Shown here piece after piece: positions 40,911 through 52,089 of a stretch of DNA of 64,000 bases; positions within the stretch are counted from its first letter, which is position 1, and each line of letters opens with the position of its first letter. The notes beneath the pieces are model-generated. The model searched no databases, was not told where the DNA came from, and worked only from the letters and a program-made list of their open reading frames with translations. The position numbers and the translations under genes were made by a program. The DNA is from an uncultured Methanoregulaceae archaeon (lineage in GTDB: Archaea > Halobacteriota > Methanomicrobia > Methanomicrobiales > Methanospirillaceae): contig CAVTTL010000001.1 of NCBI GenBank assembly GCA_963737635.1, positions 1,952,001 through 2,016,000 of the forward strand, given 5' to 3'.

Positions 40911-41078
40911 GTACATTATCTTTTAAGTATCTCTTTTTTTTGGAGAATCCAGTTCTCGACAATCATCAACCGCGCCAACAGGTCCCCCCAAACATATTAG
41001 ATTCAAGCCGCGATGACATGCACATAACTTTTCAGGGATTTTTAATGTTGAAGAAGAAATTTGACCTTTAAGAGAGAA

Positions 41079-41163
41079 TGCGAGGGAAGGGATTCGAACC
41101 CTTGAACTCCTGCGAGACCGGACCCTAAATCCGGCGCCTTTGACCTGGCTTGACTACCCTCGC
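41079..41163 (-). tRNA. tRNA-Leu (TAG)
   Basis: GCGAGGG acceptor stem, CCGGA-TT-TAG-GG-TCCGG anticodon arm, long variable arm, GGTTCGAATCC T-loop, discriminator A, no encoded CCA, no intron. Confidence 0.95.
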
Positions 41164-41223
41164 CTGTTCACATTATTGGTGTAGCAGAATTAAGAGCGTA
41201 TCGCGTAAAAGCACTACAATACG

Positions 41224-42258
41224 TTAGGGGCTGACATTCTCTCCGCGAGGTTCTGTTACGCACTTACGCTCATCGGTCCAGATTCGGTAGCTCTTCATGA
41301 GGAGGACTATGATCAACGGACCTAGCACGAAGCCGGCGAGGCCCATCGTAAGAAGACCACCGATGAGCCCGACGAACATGATGACCGGGTGGATCTTCAC
41401 CCGGCGGCCCACAAGCACCGGGCGGATATAAATCTCCGGGAGTGCGGAGACTACGAAATATCCTAGGACAAACATGATGAGGACGCCTTGGATATCCCCA
41501 AGTGCGAGCGCATATGCCCCCACTATGATAAACGCGACCGAAGAGCCAAGGATGGGGATCACCTCGCAGAATGCGGCAAGGAACGAGTAGAAGATGACGT
41601 GCCCGTAGCCGAGAAGGTAAAAAACCGGGATCGCGATAAAAAACGTCAGCGCCGCAATCGCGAACTGGACGATATAGATAACATACAGCATGTCCACCGT
41701 CACCGGTAAGAGCTGGTCGCAGTAGTTCCTGACCGGCACCGGCAGGTGACAGAATACCCGGTCCTTAATTGCCGTGCCGTGGAGAAGCAACAGGAAGAAC
41801 GTGATGAAAAAGACCAGGACCTTAAAAATAACCAGTAGGAGGTTGCTGGCAACCGTTGTCCAGAAATTGACAAAGAGGGCGTTTCCTTTGGCAAGCCACG
41901 CTGTCAGCGTGTCTTTGCTCACGGTAAAACCGAACGCCCCGGGGTGCGTGGCCGGGCTTGCGATCCACGACCCGATCGTCCCGAACATCTGGTCGATGAG
42001 ACCTGCGTTTCCCCGTAGTATCATGAGCGTACCATACGCCGCTACGGAAATAAGAACAAACAGGCAGAGCGTGATAAAAGCGGCGGAGATCACCGGGCGG
42101 GTGAAACGCGTTAACCGGCGGTGGAACGGTAGCATCACGACGGTAAGCGACGCTCCCAGGACGACTGCATCGATGACCGGCCAGAATATGATAAGGGCGA
42201 CTACCGCAATAAGCATGATGCCAATGAACGGGTAGTACTCTCTGTCAGTGCTTACCAT
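41224..42258 (-). CDS. AI-2E (PerM) family transporter
   Basis: Polytopic; IPILGS, YIRPVL, IHPVIMFVGLIGG...GFVLGPLI. Confidence 0.88.
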   Translation of the reverse strand: MVSTDREYYPFIGIMLIAVVALIIFWPVIDAVVLGASLTVVMLPFHRRLTRFTRPVISAAFITLCLFVLISVAAYGTLMILRGNAGLIDQMFGTIGSWIASPATHPGAFGFTVSKDTLTAWLAKGNALFVNFWTTVASNLLLVIFKVLVFFITFFLLLLHGTAIKDRVFCHLPVPVRNYCDQLLPVTVDMLYVIYIVQFAIAALTFFIAIPVFYLLGYGHVIFYSFLAAFCEVIPILGSSVAFIIVGAYALALGDIQGVLIMFVLGYFVVSALPEIYIRPVLVGRRVKIHPVIMFVGLIGGLLTMGLAGFVLGPLIIVLLMKSYRIWTDERKCVTEPRGENVSP

Positions 42259-42323
42259 ACCTGATCAGATAGGTTACCGGCAGTACGGTAAATAGTACGT
42301 GGAGACCGGGCCTTTACGGTAAT

Positions 42324-44175
42324 TCATGAAAGGGGTGGAAAGAGATCGGATCTTCCCGGAATGTACAGCGCAGCCGCATATTCTTCGGCAAACGCAGTGT
42401 CCACCATGAGATCGATATAGACCATGTGCTTCGCAAGAGCCTCGGCGGACGCCCGGTTCCGGACCGAGACCAGGGTCGCGTACGCCCCCGAAAGCGACCC
42501 GTTCCCGATGTGATGGATGGCAGACTGCCGGGAACCGTGGTAGAATCCCGAACCGGACTGCGTTCCCGATATCGGTATAGGCTCCAAACGCCCCGGCAAG
42601 GTAGAGGTGCCGGATATCACCCACTGCGCATTTGTACCGCTTCAAAAGCACCGCGATCGCTCCGCAGGCTGCAGCCTTCGAGTCCATCACATAATCAATA
42701 TCCAACTGGGTCACAACGATGTCCCCGACCGGTGCCGGTCTCCGGGGCGGTGGCAAGCACATACGCCACCCCCTCCGGACCGGTGCAGACCCGGGGGTGC
42801 CGTGGGTTCAGTTTCCCGGCAAAGTCGAGGGCCCCGGTCTCAACCATGGCCACAGCGAGATCGACAATCCCCGACCCGCAGATACCCCGGGCAGGAGCCG
42901 AACCGATCGTGCTCCAGCGGATCTCACCGGTCGCAGGATTTCCGTGCACGTGGTCGATGGCACCTTTCATCGCCCTCATCCCGGCCCGGATACCGGCCCC
43001 TTCAAAAGCGGGGCCGGATGCACACGAAACCGAGGCCGCCCAGTTCCGGTTGCCAAGGACGATCTCGCCGTTTGTCCCGAGATCGACGAGGAGACAGAGC
43101 TCGTCAGAGGCATGCATCCCGGCAGCAAGCATGTCGCCAACGGCATCCCCTCCCACAAACCTGCTGACGTTGGGAAGACAGTAGACCTCGGCTACAGGAT
43201 GCACGTCGAGGCCTGTTTCCTGTGAGGTTTTTCTGATCGGCGCCCGCGAGACTGTGGCGTCCGCGAGTTCGAGGTACCGGGGATCGAGGCTGCAGAGCAG
43301 GTGGTTCATCACCGTGTTTCCAGCAATGCAGACATCGACGATTGCGGCTCTCTGGATACCGGCGTTTAGTGCCAGCGTCCCGATAACATCGTTGATGCTG
43401 CCGGCCGCCGCTTTCTGGAGCGTCTTCAAACCTGCGGGTACGCTTGCGTACCCGATCCTGGTCAGCAGCTCCTCACCGTACGTTATCTGCCGGTTCAGGG
43501 CTGATGCCGTCGCGAGGATCTCACCGGTATCGAGCCGGGCAAGGCAGCCGACAACGGTTGTGGTACCAAGATCCACGGCAACGCCGTACAGCGGCGTGGT
43601 ATCATCGGCCGGGGAGAGTGCAACCAGCACCGGTGGCAACCGGGACAGCGAAAGTGTAGCCGCTTGGGGGATAAGGGCGCCGAGCAGCGCATGGTACTGC
43701 TCATCGGTCATGCTCGGCCGGAGACCCGTATATCCGGCAAACCGGATCGACTGCGAGGCAAAAGGGAGGCCGTCAGATGGTGAGATCTCCACCCGGTACC
43801 GGGCGACCGCGGGATCCGGGCTCCCGTTCGCTGCCGGCACGGTGATCAGGATCTGAGGGGAATCGATCCTGCTCTCGACCGGGATCGTGAACTCAGCATC
43901 TGCCGTCACCGTTACCCGGCAGGCTAGGTGGTACCCGTCGTCCCGCTCTTTCTGCGTGAGCCGGCAGCCGGTCCCGACATCGGGGGCGTCCGTGCAGCTT
44001 CCGTGAGTTAAAATGACCCGGCATTTGCCGCACGTACCCTTGCCGCCGCAGATGCTCTCGATAGCGATACCTGCCGTCGCAATCGCGGAAAAGAGAGAGG
44101 TACTGCCGGGACGGTCACCACCCGGTTCATGGGCTGGAAGATGACCGTGATCTCCGGGATTTCCTGTTGCTGCAT
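42324..44175 (-). CDS. ASKHA/RACE corrinoid activator associated with ACDS (AcsV/RACo-like; several indels)
   Basis: N-terminal ICGGKGTCGKC...LAC, AVDLGTTT, FVGGD, VDLGTNGE, ASGPAFEG, GICGSG, YLAGAFG; indels near 44103, 42725, 42525. Confidence 0.85.
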
Positions 44176-44238
44176 GGTCGTTCTTCCCTCCGTTATCTGT
44201 TTATGGACCGGGTGGCCGGAACGGTTATGCAGGCCCGG

Positions 44239-45671
44239 TCACCATTTCTTCGGCGGCCAGTGTGCTTTTAAAAAGGCAGGGATACCCGAAGAATCTTTCG
44301 GGCCGACGAGCACGTGCCAGCCGCTCGCCTCCTCGGTCTCACCGCTCAAGCGGGCGGCGAGGCCCGGGATGATCAGGTACCGGTAATTGACCCGTTCGGC
44401 CATTTCAGTCTCCTTGAGGGCGGCGGCGATCGATTCTGCGCTCAGGTACCGCCGGCAACCGCGCTCTCTACGCTGTTGCCCCCCGTATCTACCACGATGA
44501 GGAAGCAATCGATATTGGCCGCCTTGATATCACTCTCGACCGTGAAGTAGGTCAGCGCGTAGTTGGTGGTAATAAGCACCGGCGCATCCTTTTTGGGATT
44601 GCCAAATACCCGGACACCGGTATCAACCGAGACCGGTTTTCGTGGGTCGGTGTAGATGTTGAAACGCCAGATCAGCTGGGGGAGCAGCACCCAGCCTTCG
44701 AGGCTGTGGAGGATCAACAGATCGGCATACCGGGAGAGGAGCATCGATGCGGCGCACGCCTCCTTCCACTGGATCAGCTCGTGCGAGATCTCTGGGGAGA
44801 GCCATGCTGTAATAGGTGCCCCTAGTAGGGGATACCCCAGCAGATCGTCTCCTTGTGCAAAGACGGCCCGGCGGATCTGGGAGAACGCGTGGATCGTCCC
44901 CGAGAGACCGGGCTCAACCGCGGTGCCCGGATCGAGCACCAGATCGGTCACGCCGTACGCGACAAGGGTCTTGACCAGTGACCGCAGGAGTGCAATATCG
45001 TGAGGTGCCGAGACTACGAGCGGGCAGTCGTACCGGAGGGCAATCTCCGCCATATTCTTCCAGTTGTCTTTGGTCGCCGCATAGAGGAGAGGCCGGCGCT
45101 CACGGATGTGGGCAAGACCGGCCGCCATGATCGCCGCATCGTAGGTGCAGAGGATGAGGGGCAGATCTGTCTCTGATGAAACGGCAGTGACCGCAGCGGC
45201 AAACGCGGCCGGATCGTGCTGGGTCGACCGGATCGCGATCGCGTCGAGCCGGAGCTCCCGACCGATGTAGTTGTACGAGAAGTCAGCGATCGCCCGTACC
45301 CGTGCATTACGTTCTTCCGCGCAGAGATCGTCGGAGATATCGAGGGCGATGGGTGTGGGGTTGTGGTACGTGAACTCATGCCGGTACAGGATATACTTCC
45401 CGCCCAGTTTCATCGCACGGTCACCGGTCCCGACCACGATGGTCCGGACCGGTGGCGCCATGAGGTCTTCCAGCTTCGTGAAATTGACCCGGTACTCTTC
45501 CTTTGTCACCGGCGGGCAGTTATCGACCGCAAGCTCCCCGTTCACGACTTTGGTGGCAAACGCCATGCAGTTTGCCTCCCCGCATTCTTTGCAGTTAGTC
45601 TTGGGGAGGAGCTTGTACACGTCGATGGGGCTGATCTCCTTGATCGTTTTTTTGGGTTCGCGTTCCGACAT
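44239..45671 (-). CDS. cdhE: ACDS gamma subunit (corrinoid Fe-S protein large subunit; indel near 44445)
   Basis: LPKTNCKECGEANCMAFA, NIYTDPRKP, TTNYALTYFTVESDI, LIIPGLAARLSGE, VGPKDSSGIP. Confidence 0.92.
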
Positions 45672-45686
45672 TTTTTCCTTCCCCAC

Positions 45687-46913
45687 CTAGATCTTCATGG
45701 TCGCCCACCGGGCTATGCCGTCAGGCACCGGCGCGTCTTTCTCCGAGAATGTCCGGATCATGTCTTTACAGGTCCGGATAGCGGCAGGATGCATCATCAT
45801 GAAAATGTCGACGCCGGCGAGAAGGAGCGTAAGCGCGTTGATCGTCTCCCAGAGCGGGCCTCGGAGCCCTCGGGAGCCGTACTTCTTATCCATCTTCATC
45901 CACGCTTCACGAGCCGCCCAAGCATTCGTGGAGGCTGATATGGTGGGCTGCTGCAGTTCGGTGTCGCCCATCAGCGCTGCGTGCCGGGCCCTCTCGTGGA
46001 TGGTAAATGAGTACTCAAGGCCGTACCCGAGGGCGACGGTCGTGAGATCCATGACGATATCTTCCGGCGGGAGGTATTCATAGAGACGCCGGTTGAGCTC
46101 CTTTGCCTTGTTGAGTTCAAGGCCGGTAAAGCCAAGAACCGCGTGGTTGTGCTTCTTTGCCGCTTTTGCAACGATGTCCAGCGTCTTCGTCTCGGTCATC
46201 CCGAGGGTGACCGAGTTCAAAAGGAGCCGCTCGCTGTCGGCAACCTCGGCAACCTTGCAGAAGACCTGTGCGTCTTTCCGGGGGTCCCCGCAGCCGCCGA
46301 TGATGATCGGGACGTCCACGGCCTGGAGCACCTCCTCGACAGTCCGGGCCGCCGCCTCCGGGGACGCGTCCCGGATAAGGGGATCGGTGGACATGAGATG
46401 CACCGTGATCATGTCGGCACCGTACTTCTTCACATTCATTCGTGCCCACTCAGCCGGATCGCTCATGACGTCTTTTACATTCTCCATAAGCACTTTGGGG
46501 AGCGGCACTTCCATGTCAAAGACATCGAGCGCAAAGATGGGTGCATGAGGAGCGGGATGATCGGCGTTTACAAAGGGGGGGTAATCCGATCCGCCGATCA
46601 CGAGAACCTTGCCCCGGCTGCCTCCTGCAGCCTTTGTCTCGCCAAGCCTGACCTCGTGGATCCTGCCCACGAATTCCTCCTCGACCGGAGAGAAGGTCTC
46701 CGGCAGAAGTGCGGTCGGTTTCATATGAGCTGCGGAGGGTACACCCACAGGAGCGGTGGCACCGGTGGGGATCCAGAGTTCGAGAGCGCCGATATCCATC
46801 GAGAAGTTTTCGATCTCGAGACGTTCCTTACCGGAGAGCATCGCAAGGAGCCGGTTGAGGGCCTCCGGTCCGGCCTCCGGCAGCTTTCTCCCGGAGGAGT
46901 TCTTGTCCTGCAT
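45687..46913 (-). CDS. cdhD: ACDS delta subunit
   Basis: DPAEWAR, VDVPIIIGGCG, ALGYGLEYSF, NAWAAREAW, MMHP. Confidence 0.92.
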   Translation of the reverse strand: MQDKNSSGRKLPEAGPEALNRLLAMLSGKERLEIENFSMDIGALELWIPTGATAPVGVPSAAHMKPTALLPETFSPVEEEFVGRIHEVRLGETKAAGGSRGKVLVIGGSDYPPFVNADHPAPHAPIFALDVFDMEVPLPKVLMENVKDVMSDPAEWARMNVKKYGADMITVHLMSTDPLIRDASPEAAARTVEEVLQAVDVPIIIGGCGDPRKDAQVFCKVAEVADSERLLLNSVTLGMTETKTLDIVAKAAKKHNHAVLGFTGLELNKAKELNRRLYEYLPPEDIVMDLTTVALGYGLEYSFTIHERARHAALMGDTELQQPTISASTNAWAAREAWMKMDKKYGSRGLRGPLWETINALTLLLAGVDIFMMMHPAAIRTCKDMIRTFSEKDAPVPDGIARWATMKI

Positions 46914-48299
46914 CTACGAACCAGCCCCTGGCTTCTTTGGCTGGATGGGCTCGATGATCACGCGGTCTGCCGTGATACGGGCGTTCTTGAAAATGATCTT
47001 GAAACCCCCCGCCATGACCGGGAAGTCCCCGCCGGTAAAGACCTGAACGGCGCCGGTCGTCCCCTCAAGAGGTTCTGCCTCTTCTGCCTTCCACCGCTCC
47101 ATGACAGGGTGGGCGTGCGCGGAGAGGAAGTCTCGTAATTCGCTCAGGGTCTTGACGTCCTTTTCGGTCGCAATCCTTGGGAAGAGGTCCGCCGGAATGA
47201 ACTCTTTCATCTGCTCCCGGAGATCGGACGGCATCCAGACGACCCTGGCGTAGCTCCCATCAGCGGCGAGGAACTTGGGGGACCGCATATACTCAAGCGA
47301 GATCCCATGGAACCCGTCAACCTGGCGGCCGCCAGCGGTCGAGTCTGCCATGGTCGAGAAGGGCAGGCCGTTGACAGTCACGTCCTTGTACCCCCGCATC
47401 ACGATCCCGAACCCCTCAACCTCGGGAATATAGAACGCGATCCCCTCGAAACACCCACAGGAGGTGTGGGGGCAGGTAAATGCGCTGTAGAGGAAGATCC
47501 GGTGCACGGCACCGAGAGATCGTTTTTTCGCACTTTCATTGATCCCGGCATACTCGCCTTTCTCCAGGTCGAGGCACTCTCCTTTGCTGATAGGGAAGAT
47601 CGGACCTTTTGGATCGATCCGGGCCGCCGCCCTGCCATCGAACCAGCTGATGGCGCCGCAGTTTGCGTACCGCTGCGGCGTGATGACACAGACATGACTT
47701 GGCGCAAACGACTGACAGAGAGCGCACCCGTAGAAGACATCGACATCGTTATCGGTCAGCCCCCTGGCCCGGGCGTCCCGGGCCTCGTACGCCGCCATCG
47801 CCTCGGCATACCGGCCCTTGATTTTTTCCTTGTCGGTAAAGAAGGTTACCTGAATCTTCTCGATGATGGGCAGTTCGTTTTTCAAAAGATCGATGAGCAC
47901 TTTACCGACGTAAGTGAGTGTAGTAAAACCTTTCACGTACGCTTTTTTTGAGACCCGGACCCAGATATCGTACCGCTGGTTGAGATGCATGAACCCCTCG
48001 ATGTAATTGGTGTATTCATGGATCCGGCGCTCGATCACGCCCTCGATATCCTCTTCCAGTTGGGGTCCTGCAATTTCAACAAGAATGCCAAGGGGGTACT
48101 TCTGGCCTTCCTGCATATCAGCAAGATCCGGGCCGGTAACGGTGATAGTCCCGTCCCGGATCTCGCCGGGTTTTCGTACCCGGACCAGTTCGAATTTTTG
48201 TTCGACTGACGGCCCGCCGAGCTCGACAAACATGTCGTTTTTCCGGATCCGTTCGCCTACATGGACAAGGCCTACATCGACCGGGATATCTTCAAACAT
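46914..48299 (-). CDS. cdhC: ACDS beta subunit (acetyl-CoA synthase)
   Basis: GERIRK, FYGCALCQSFAPSHVC, CGAISW, HTSCGCFE A-cluster ligands. Confidence 0.93.
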   Translation of the reverse strand: MFEDIPVDVGLVHVGERIRKNDMFVELGGPSVEQKFELVRVRKPGEIRDGTITVTGPDLADMQEGQKYPLGILVEIAGPQLEEDIEGVIERRIHEYTNYIEGFMHLNQRYDIWVRVSKKAYVKGFTTLTYVGKVLIDLLKNELPIIEKIQVTFFTDKEKIKGRYAEAMAAYEARDARARGLTDNDVDVFYGCALCQSFAPSHVCVITPQRYANCGAISWFDGRAAARIDPKGPIFPISKGECLDLEKGEYAGINESAKKRSLGAVHRIFLYSAFTCPHTSCGCFEGIAFYIPEVEGFGIVMRGYKDVTVNGLPFSTMADSTAGGRQVDGFHGISLEYMRSPKFLAADGSYARVVWMPSDLREQMKEFIPADLFPRIATEKDVKTLSELRDFLSAHAHPVMERWKAEEAEPLEGTTGAVQVFTGGDFPVMAGGFKIIFKNARITADRVIIEPIQPKKPGAGS

Positions 48300-48834
48300 C
48301 TGGCTCCTCCGCGGTGATAGCCTCAAGGTTTTCCTGCCAGTCTTTGAGAGAGAGGTTTGCAAACGAGAAGGTGGCGTTCGGCTGGAAGGTGTTGTCGAGC
48401 ACGATTGTTTTGGTGTGGGGGGCCATATGCTTGAGCCCGGAAAGGAGCGTCCATGCCATGGGGTACGGGAGGCCGGCGAGAATGACGAGATCGCACGGGC
48501 CTTTCCTTTCCGGCCCGGACCATTCGGGATCCGCGATCCGCTGGCCGGCTTCAACCGCCGGCATAATGACCGCTTGATTGTACCCCCGATCTCTCAGGGC
48601 CCGGTTGACGTGCCCCGTGGCAATCACCGGGATCCGGTGAACGCGGGCAAGAACCAGCAGGTAATCGACGAGCTTTTTGCCATCAATCTCGGTCGATGCG
48701 GCACGGTGCCCGACAAGCAGTACCGGATGTTTCGCATTGCCGATGACGGCTTTCACCATTGATGGTTTGGTGATGACTGTCGCCTTTTTTGGGCCGGCAA
48801 CCTCAGCAGTCTGCCAGGGATCTGCAGAACTCAT
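48292..48834 (-). CDS. cdhB: ACDS epsilon subunit
   Basis: PWQTAEVAGPKKA, AKHPVLLVG, LSGLKH, QPNATFSFANL. Confidence 0.88.
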   Translation of the reverse strand: MSSADPWQTAEVAGPKKATVITKPSMVKAVIGNAKHPVLLVGHRAASTEIDGKKLVDYLLVLARVHRIPVIATGHVNRALRDRGYNQAVIMPAVEAGQRIADPEWSGPERKGPCDLVILAGLPYPMAWTLLSGLKHMAPHTKTIVLDNTFQPNATFSFANLSLKDWQENLEAITAEEPDV

Positions 48835-48839
48835 AGCAA

Positions 48840-51203
48840 TCAACGCTCCTCCGGTGATCCCGGCTTATGCCGACCAAGAAGGGTCGGATCCGGGATGGCT
48901 CGTTCCTTCCAGTCTGCCTGCGAAAGGATACGCATGATATCCCCCTTCAGGGTGACCGGAACGTCGGCTGTAGTACGGATGTACCGAGGAATATCATCCG
49001 GTATCGAACCATGGTGCCTCTGGTACAGGTCGATGTAATGCGTGAGTTTCATCGCCCGGCCCCGGGTCGTATCGTTTGGCCGCATGCAGAGCTTTGCGAC
49101 AAGGACCATTGCTTCTTCTTTAGACTCTGCCGCGACAAAGAGATGCTCCGGCACCGGGCCTGTGTAGACGTTCTCGCCGGTGCGCTGGTCGCATACATAC
49201 CAGTCGGCGTCGTGGTCGGCACGGCCTAAGAGCATTCTGCGGTACTTGCTCCCGTGTGGGCCGACCACCACGGGGATCCCCAGGCGCCAGAACCCGCTCG
49301 CTATCGCCGCCGCCTTCTGGGACATCGCACCCCATGCCACGCCGACTGCACCGACACGGTTGTGGACGTAGTCCGCGATCTCGGCGTAGTTCCCCCTGAG
49401 GTTGCGCCGTGCGAAGATGCTCGCGATCTTGATGGTCGCCCCGGCGATGTGGGCATTTGCAACACAGGAACCGACGTTCACGATCCCTCCGGCGGCAAAA
49501 CTGCCCGGGAACTGTTCGTACGGGGTCTTGCCTTCTTCATCCCGGTACATGCCGATCGACATGGCAGTGCAGCCCGATGTGCAGACAATATACCGGCGCT
49601 TGGCAAACTCGACGCTCATCTCAGCGACCTCTTTCCCCCCGTTCGCGTAATTGGAGCAGCCGACAAATGCCACCACTCCCGGGATCTCGCCGAGCACAAT
49701 GGGCCCACCAACATTGCGGATCTCGATATCCTGAATAGCGCCTCTTCCGGTCCGGATCACAAATCTCTCGTTTTTTATCTTCTCTGCCGCCGCTGCAATA
49801 ATTAATGAATGCACCGGGACATTCTTGGTGCAGGCCTGCTCACACCGGCCGCAACCTACGCAGGTCTCGTAAAGGGCAGAAAGAAGAGAGAAATTCCCAC
49901 TCCCGGCGGCTTTCATGCCCTGTGGGATTGCAAGGTCGTTTGGACACGCCCGCTGGCAGAGCCGGCACTGTGTGCAGGCCGCTGCCTGCTCAAGGATTGT
50001 CTCCGGAGGGATGGCAGCATGAGATTTTCTCCGGGCCGGCATAACAGCCCGGGCGACCCGGACCGCTACCTCCCCAACCTTTTCCGGGTCGAGAATCAAG
50101 ACGCCTTTCTGCTGGCCGCTGATGAGGTCAGCTACAATTGCATCGACAGAATCATCTGTTCTCTCAGGTAGGCCCATGCAGTTCTTTTCGGACGTTGCAA
50201 TAAATGGTGTCCCGGCGGCTGCTGCTTCGGAAAATGAATCGGCCCGGATGCATTGCTCGTCTACAACAATGACATCGGGGATCCCGCTCCGGATGTACCG
50301 GAGCTGCCATGACATGGGGCCGATGATCTTCGCCCTGGACGAATACCGGCTTGCGTCAATTGATGTGCAACAGATACCCGTTATTTCAACTTGGTCGATC
50401 AGGTTCTCCTTAGAGAGGTAATCGATGATAGCGACCGCCGGTGGTACGTTATGGCCGATCACAAGAATGACAGGTTTTGTGGTTTCAACGGTTCCCATCC
50501 CTAAAGCGGCAAGTGGGGCATCGGGGTCGGCTTTCGGGTACCCGAGGGCCGATATCTGTGCGAGATCTGCCACTTCCATACCCACCTGGTCAATCGTACC
50601 GGCATGAAGCACCTTGCTCTCGAAATCGAGAGGATCTCCTTCCTGTCCGGTATGCGTCACCGCAAGAAGAGAGGTGATCTGGCTCTCACAATAATCAAGG
50701 ACGGTCTCGAGATCAGCAAGAGTTTTTGGTCTTTCCCCACAGACGAGCCGGATCACCGGGGCCTCCACCCCGATCGCGTTGCCGCCGGGATCGATGGCAC
50801 AGTCACGGCCGGCACGTTTGATCGCATAAGTCAGGAGTTCCCGAGCATGGCTCGTGTGCGTCGCGGCACCAATGCATGTGGTCAGGAGCACCGTGCGGGC
50901 CTGCTGGGCGGGCATCGTAATCCCACATGCACCTTTTTTTGTGCCGGTCAGATCGCATTTACCATATGTGCATAGGCAGCAAAGATCGCAGAACGGCATA
51001 TAGAACGGTTGGTACCGGGTGAGGAGTCTCCGGTCCCATGCTCGTAGCGTTGCAAGGGAGGGGTACGGGGTCGGACCCTCAGGTTCCGCCCATTCCTCAG
51101 ATGAGAGTTTCCCGATGGAGACCGAAAGATCCCTGATACGGCCAAAACCGGCATCCAGTTCTTTTATCGTAAGCGCGATCTTCTTTTCGGTCAACGGAAG
51201 CAC
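48840..51203 (-). CDS. cdhA: ACDS alpha subunit (CO dehydrogenase)
   Basis: CDLCCLCTYGKC, GHNV, GICCT, DEQC, two ferredoxin motifs, SGC, GSCVANAH, SQKA. Confidence 0.94.
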   Translation of the reverse strand: MLPLTEKKIALTIKELDAGFGRIRDLSVSIGKLSSEEWAEPEGPTPYPSLATLRAWDRRLLTRYQPFYMPFCDLCCLCTYGKCDLTGTKKGACGITMPAQQARTVLLTTCIGAATHTSHARELLTYAIKRAGRDCAIDPGGNAIGVEAPVIRLVCGERPKTLADLETVLDYCESQITSLLAVTHTGQEGDPLDFESKVLHAGTIDQVGMEVADLAQISALGYPKADPDAPLAALGMGTVETTKPVILVIGHNVPPAVAIIDYLSKENLIDQVEITGICCTSIDASRYSSRAKIIGPMSWQLRYIRSGIPDVIVVDEQCIRADSFSEAAAAGTPFIATSEKNCMGLPERTDDSVDAIVADLISGQQKGVLILDPEKVGEVAVRVARAVMPARRKSHAAIPPETILEQAAACTQCRLCQRACPNDLAIPQGMKAAGSGNFSLLSALYETCVGCGRCEQACTKNVPVHSLIIAAAAEKIKNERFVIRTGRGAIQDIEIRNVGGPIVLGEIPGVVAFVGCSNYANGGKEVAEMSVEFAKRRYIVCTSGCTAMSIGMYRDEEGKTPYEQFPGSFAAGGIVNVGSCVANAHIAGATIKIASIFARRNLRGNYAEIADYVHNRVGAVGVAWGAMSQKAAAIASGFWRLGIPVVVGPHGSKYRRMLLGRADHDADWYVCDQRTGENVYTGPVPEHLFVAAESKEEAMVLVAKLCMRPNDTTRGRAMKLTHYIDLYQRHHGSIPDDIPRYIRTTADVPVTLKGDIMRILSQADWKERAIPDPTLLGRHKPGSPEER

Positions 51204-51309
51204 AACCAGGCGGGATTTTCAACTAAAATACAGGAATGTAGGTATATATTTATTTTACAGGTTTTTAACCGAATCGACTGATAAACTAGCGCACGGGGGA
51301 TTGCAACGA

Positions 51310-52089
51310 TCATCCGGATCCAGCCTTCCCGTATCCGGCCTTTTCCATAAGTGCGCTGACGGAATGATATGCCGGAGAACTATCCGGTATTTCAAGAAGT
51401 GACCGGCCGGCGATAACCGATTCCTGCACCAAGGGATCGAAGACGATCTTTCCCAGGTACTCCCGGCCCGTCTTTTCCTGTGCTATTGTCTCAAGACCGG
51501 AGGGAAACAGGCATCCTCCAATCACAAAGAAGCGATCAAACGTGATTCCGACCTCACGGGTGATCCGGTCTGCACGCTGAACATGGGCAAAGGACTTGTG
51601 GGACGGCCCCAGCACATCGAATATATCCGAGACTCGTGCGGTTACCTTGCGGTTGAGATGTTCGAGACCCGCCGGGGAATCGATCAGCACGTACTGATAC
51701 CTTTTCGAAAGAGATTCAAGTGCTCCCTTGAGCGCGGCATCGGGCATACAATAGCAACCCTCGATCCACTTGGTTCCGACGGCAATAAGATCGAAATGGC
51801 TACCTTCGTAGAGTCCTTCCTGAAGAACCCTGTTCTCGATCCGTTCTTTCGGAGCGATCCCGGTCATCGTCCCCCCCATTCTGATAAACGTATCCGTAAC
51901 AAGCTCGGCAATCGTCTGTACGCCTTCCTTTTCGAGATCGACACCTACCATCTCGGCAAGATTCTGATCCGGGTCGAGATCGACCAGAAGAAGGGGGGAT
52001 TCACGCTTTTCGAGAAAATATTTTGTCTGTAATGCCACAAAACTCGTCTTGCCGGTTCCTCCCCTGCCCATGGTCACCAGTGTTTTCAT
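51310..52089 (-). CDS. cooC: CooC/AcsF-type nickel insertion ATPase
   Basis: GRGGTGKT, DLDPD, GCYC, DSPAGLEHLNR. Confidence 0.85.
   Translation of the reverse strand: MKTLVTMGRGGTGKTSFVALQTKYFLEKRESPLLLVDLDPDQNLAEMVGVDLEKEGVQTIAELVTDTFIRMGGTMTGIAPKERIENRVLQEGLYEGSHFDLIAVGTKWIEGCYCMPDAALKGALESLSKRYQYVLIDSPAGLEHLNRKVTARVSDIFDVLGPSHKSFAHVQRADRITREVGITFDRFFVIGGCLFPSGLETIAQEKTGREYLGKIVFDPLVQESVIAGRSLLEIPDSSPAYHSVSALMEKAGYGKAGSG

Noticed and set aside
25846-41163. Integrative element inserted at tRNA-Leu
   Set aside because: No integrase or transposase, and I found no convincing duplicate of the tRNA 3' end (only 7-bp matches such as GAGGGAA near 36811)
44239-45671. hgcA mercury methylase
   Set aside because: Cap helix reads NSVESAVAG, not NVWCAAGK; no TM domain or hgcB; it is full-length CdhE within the cdh operon
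46143-47951. Long antisense ORFs (e.g. 46143-47138, 47307-47951, also 37412-38254, 14838-15593)
   Set aside because: Shadow frames opposite well-supported genes, with no recognisable motifs
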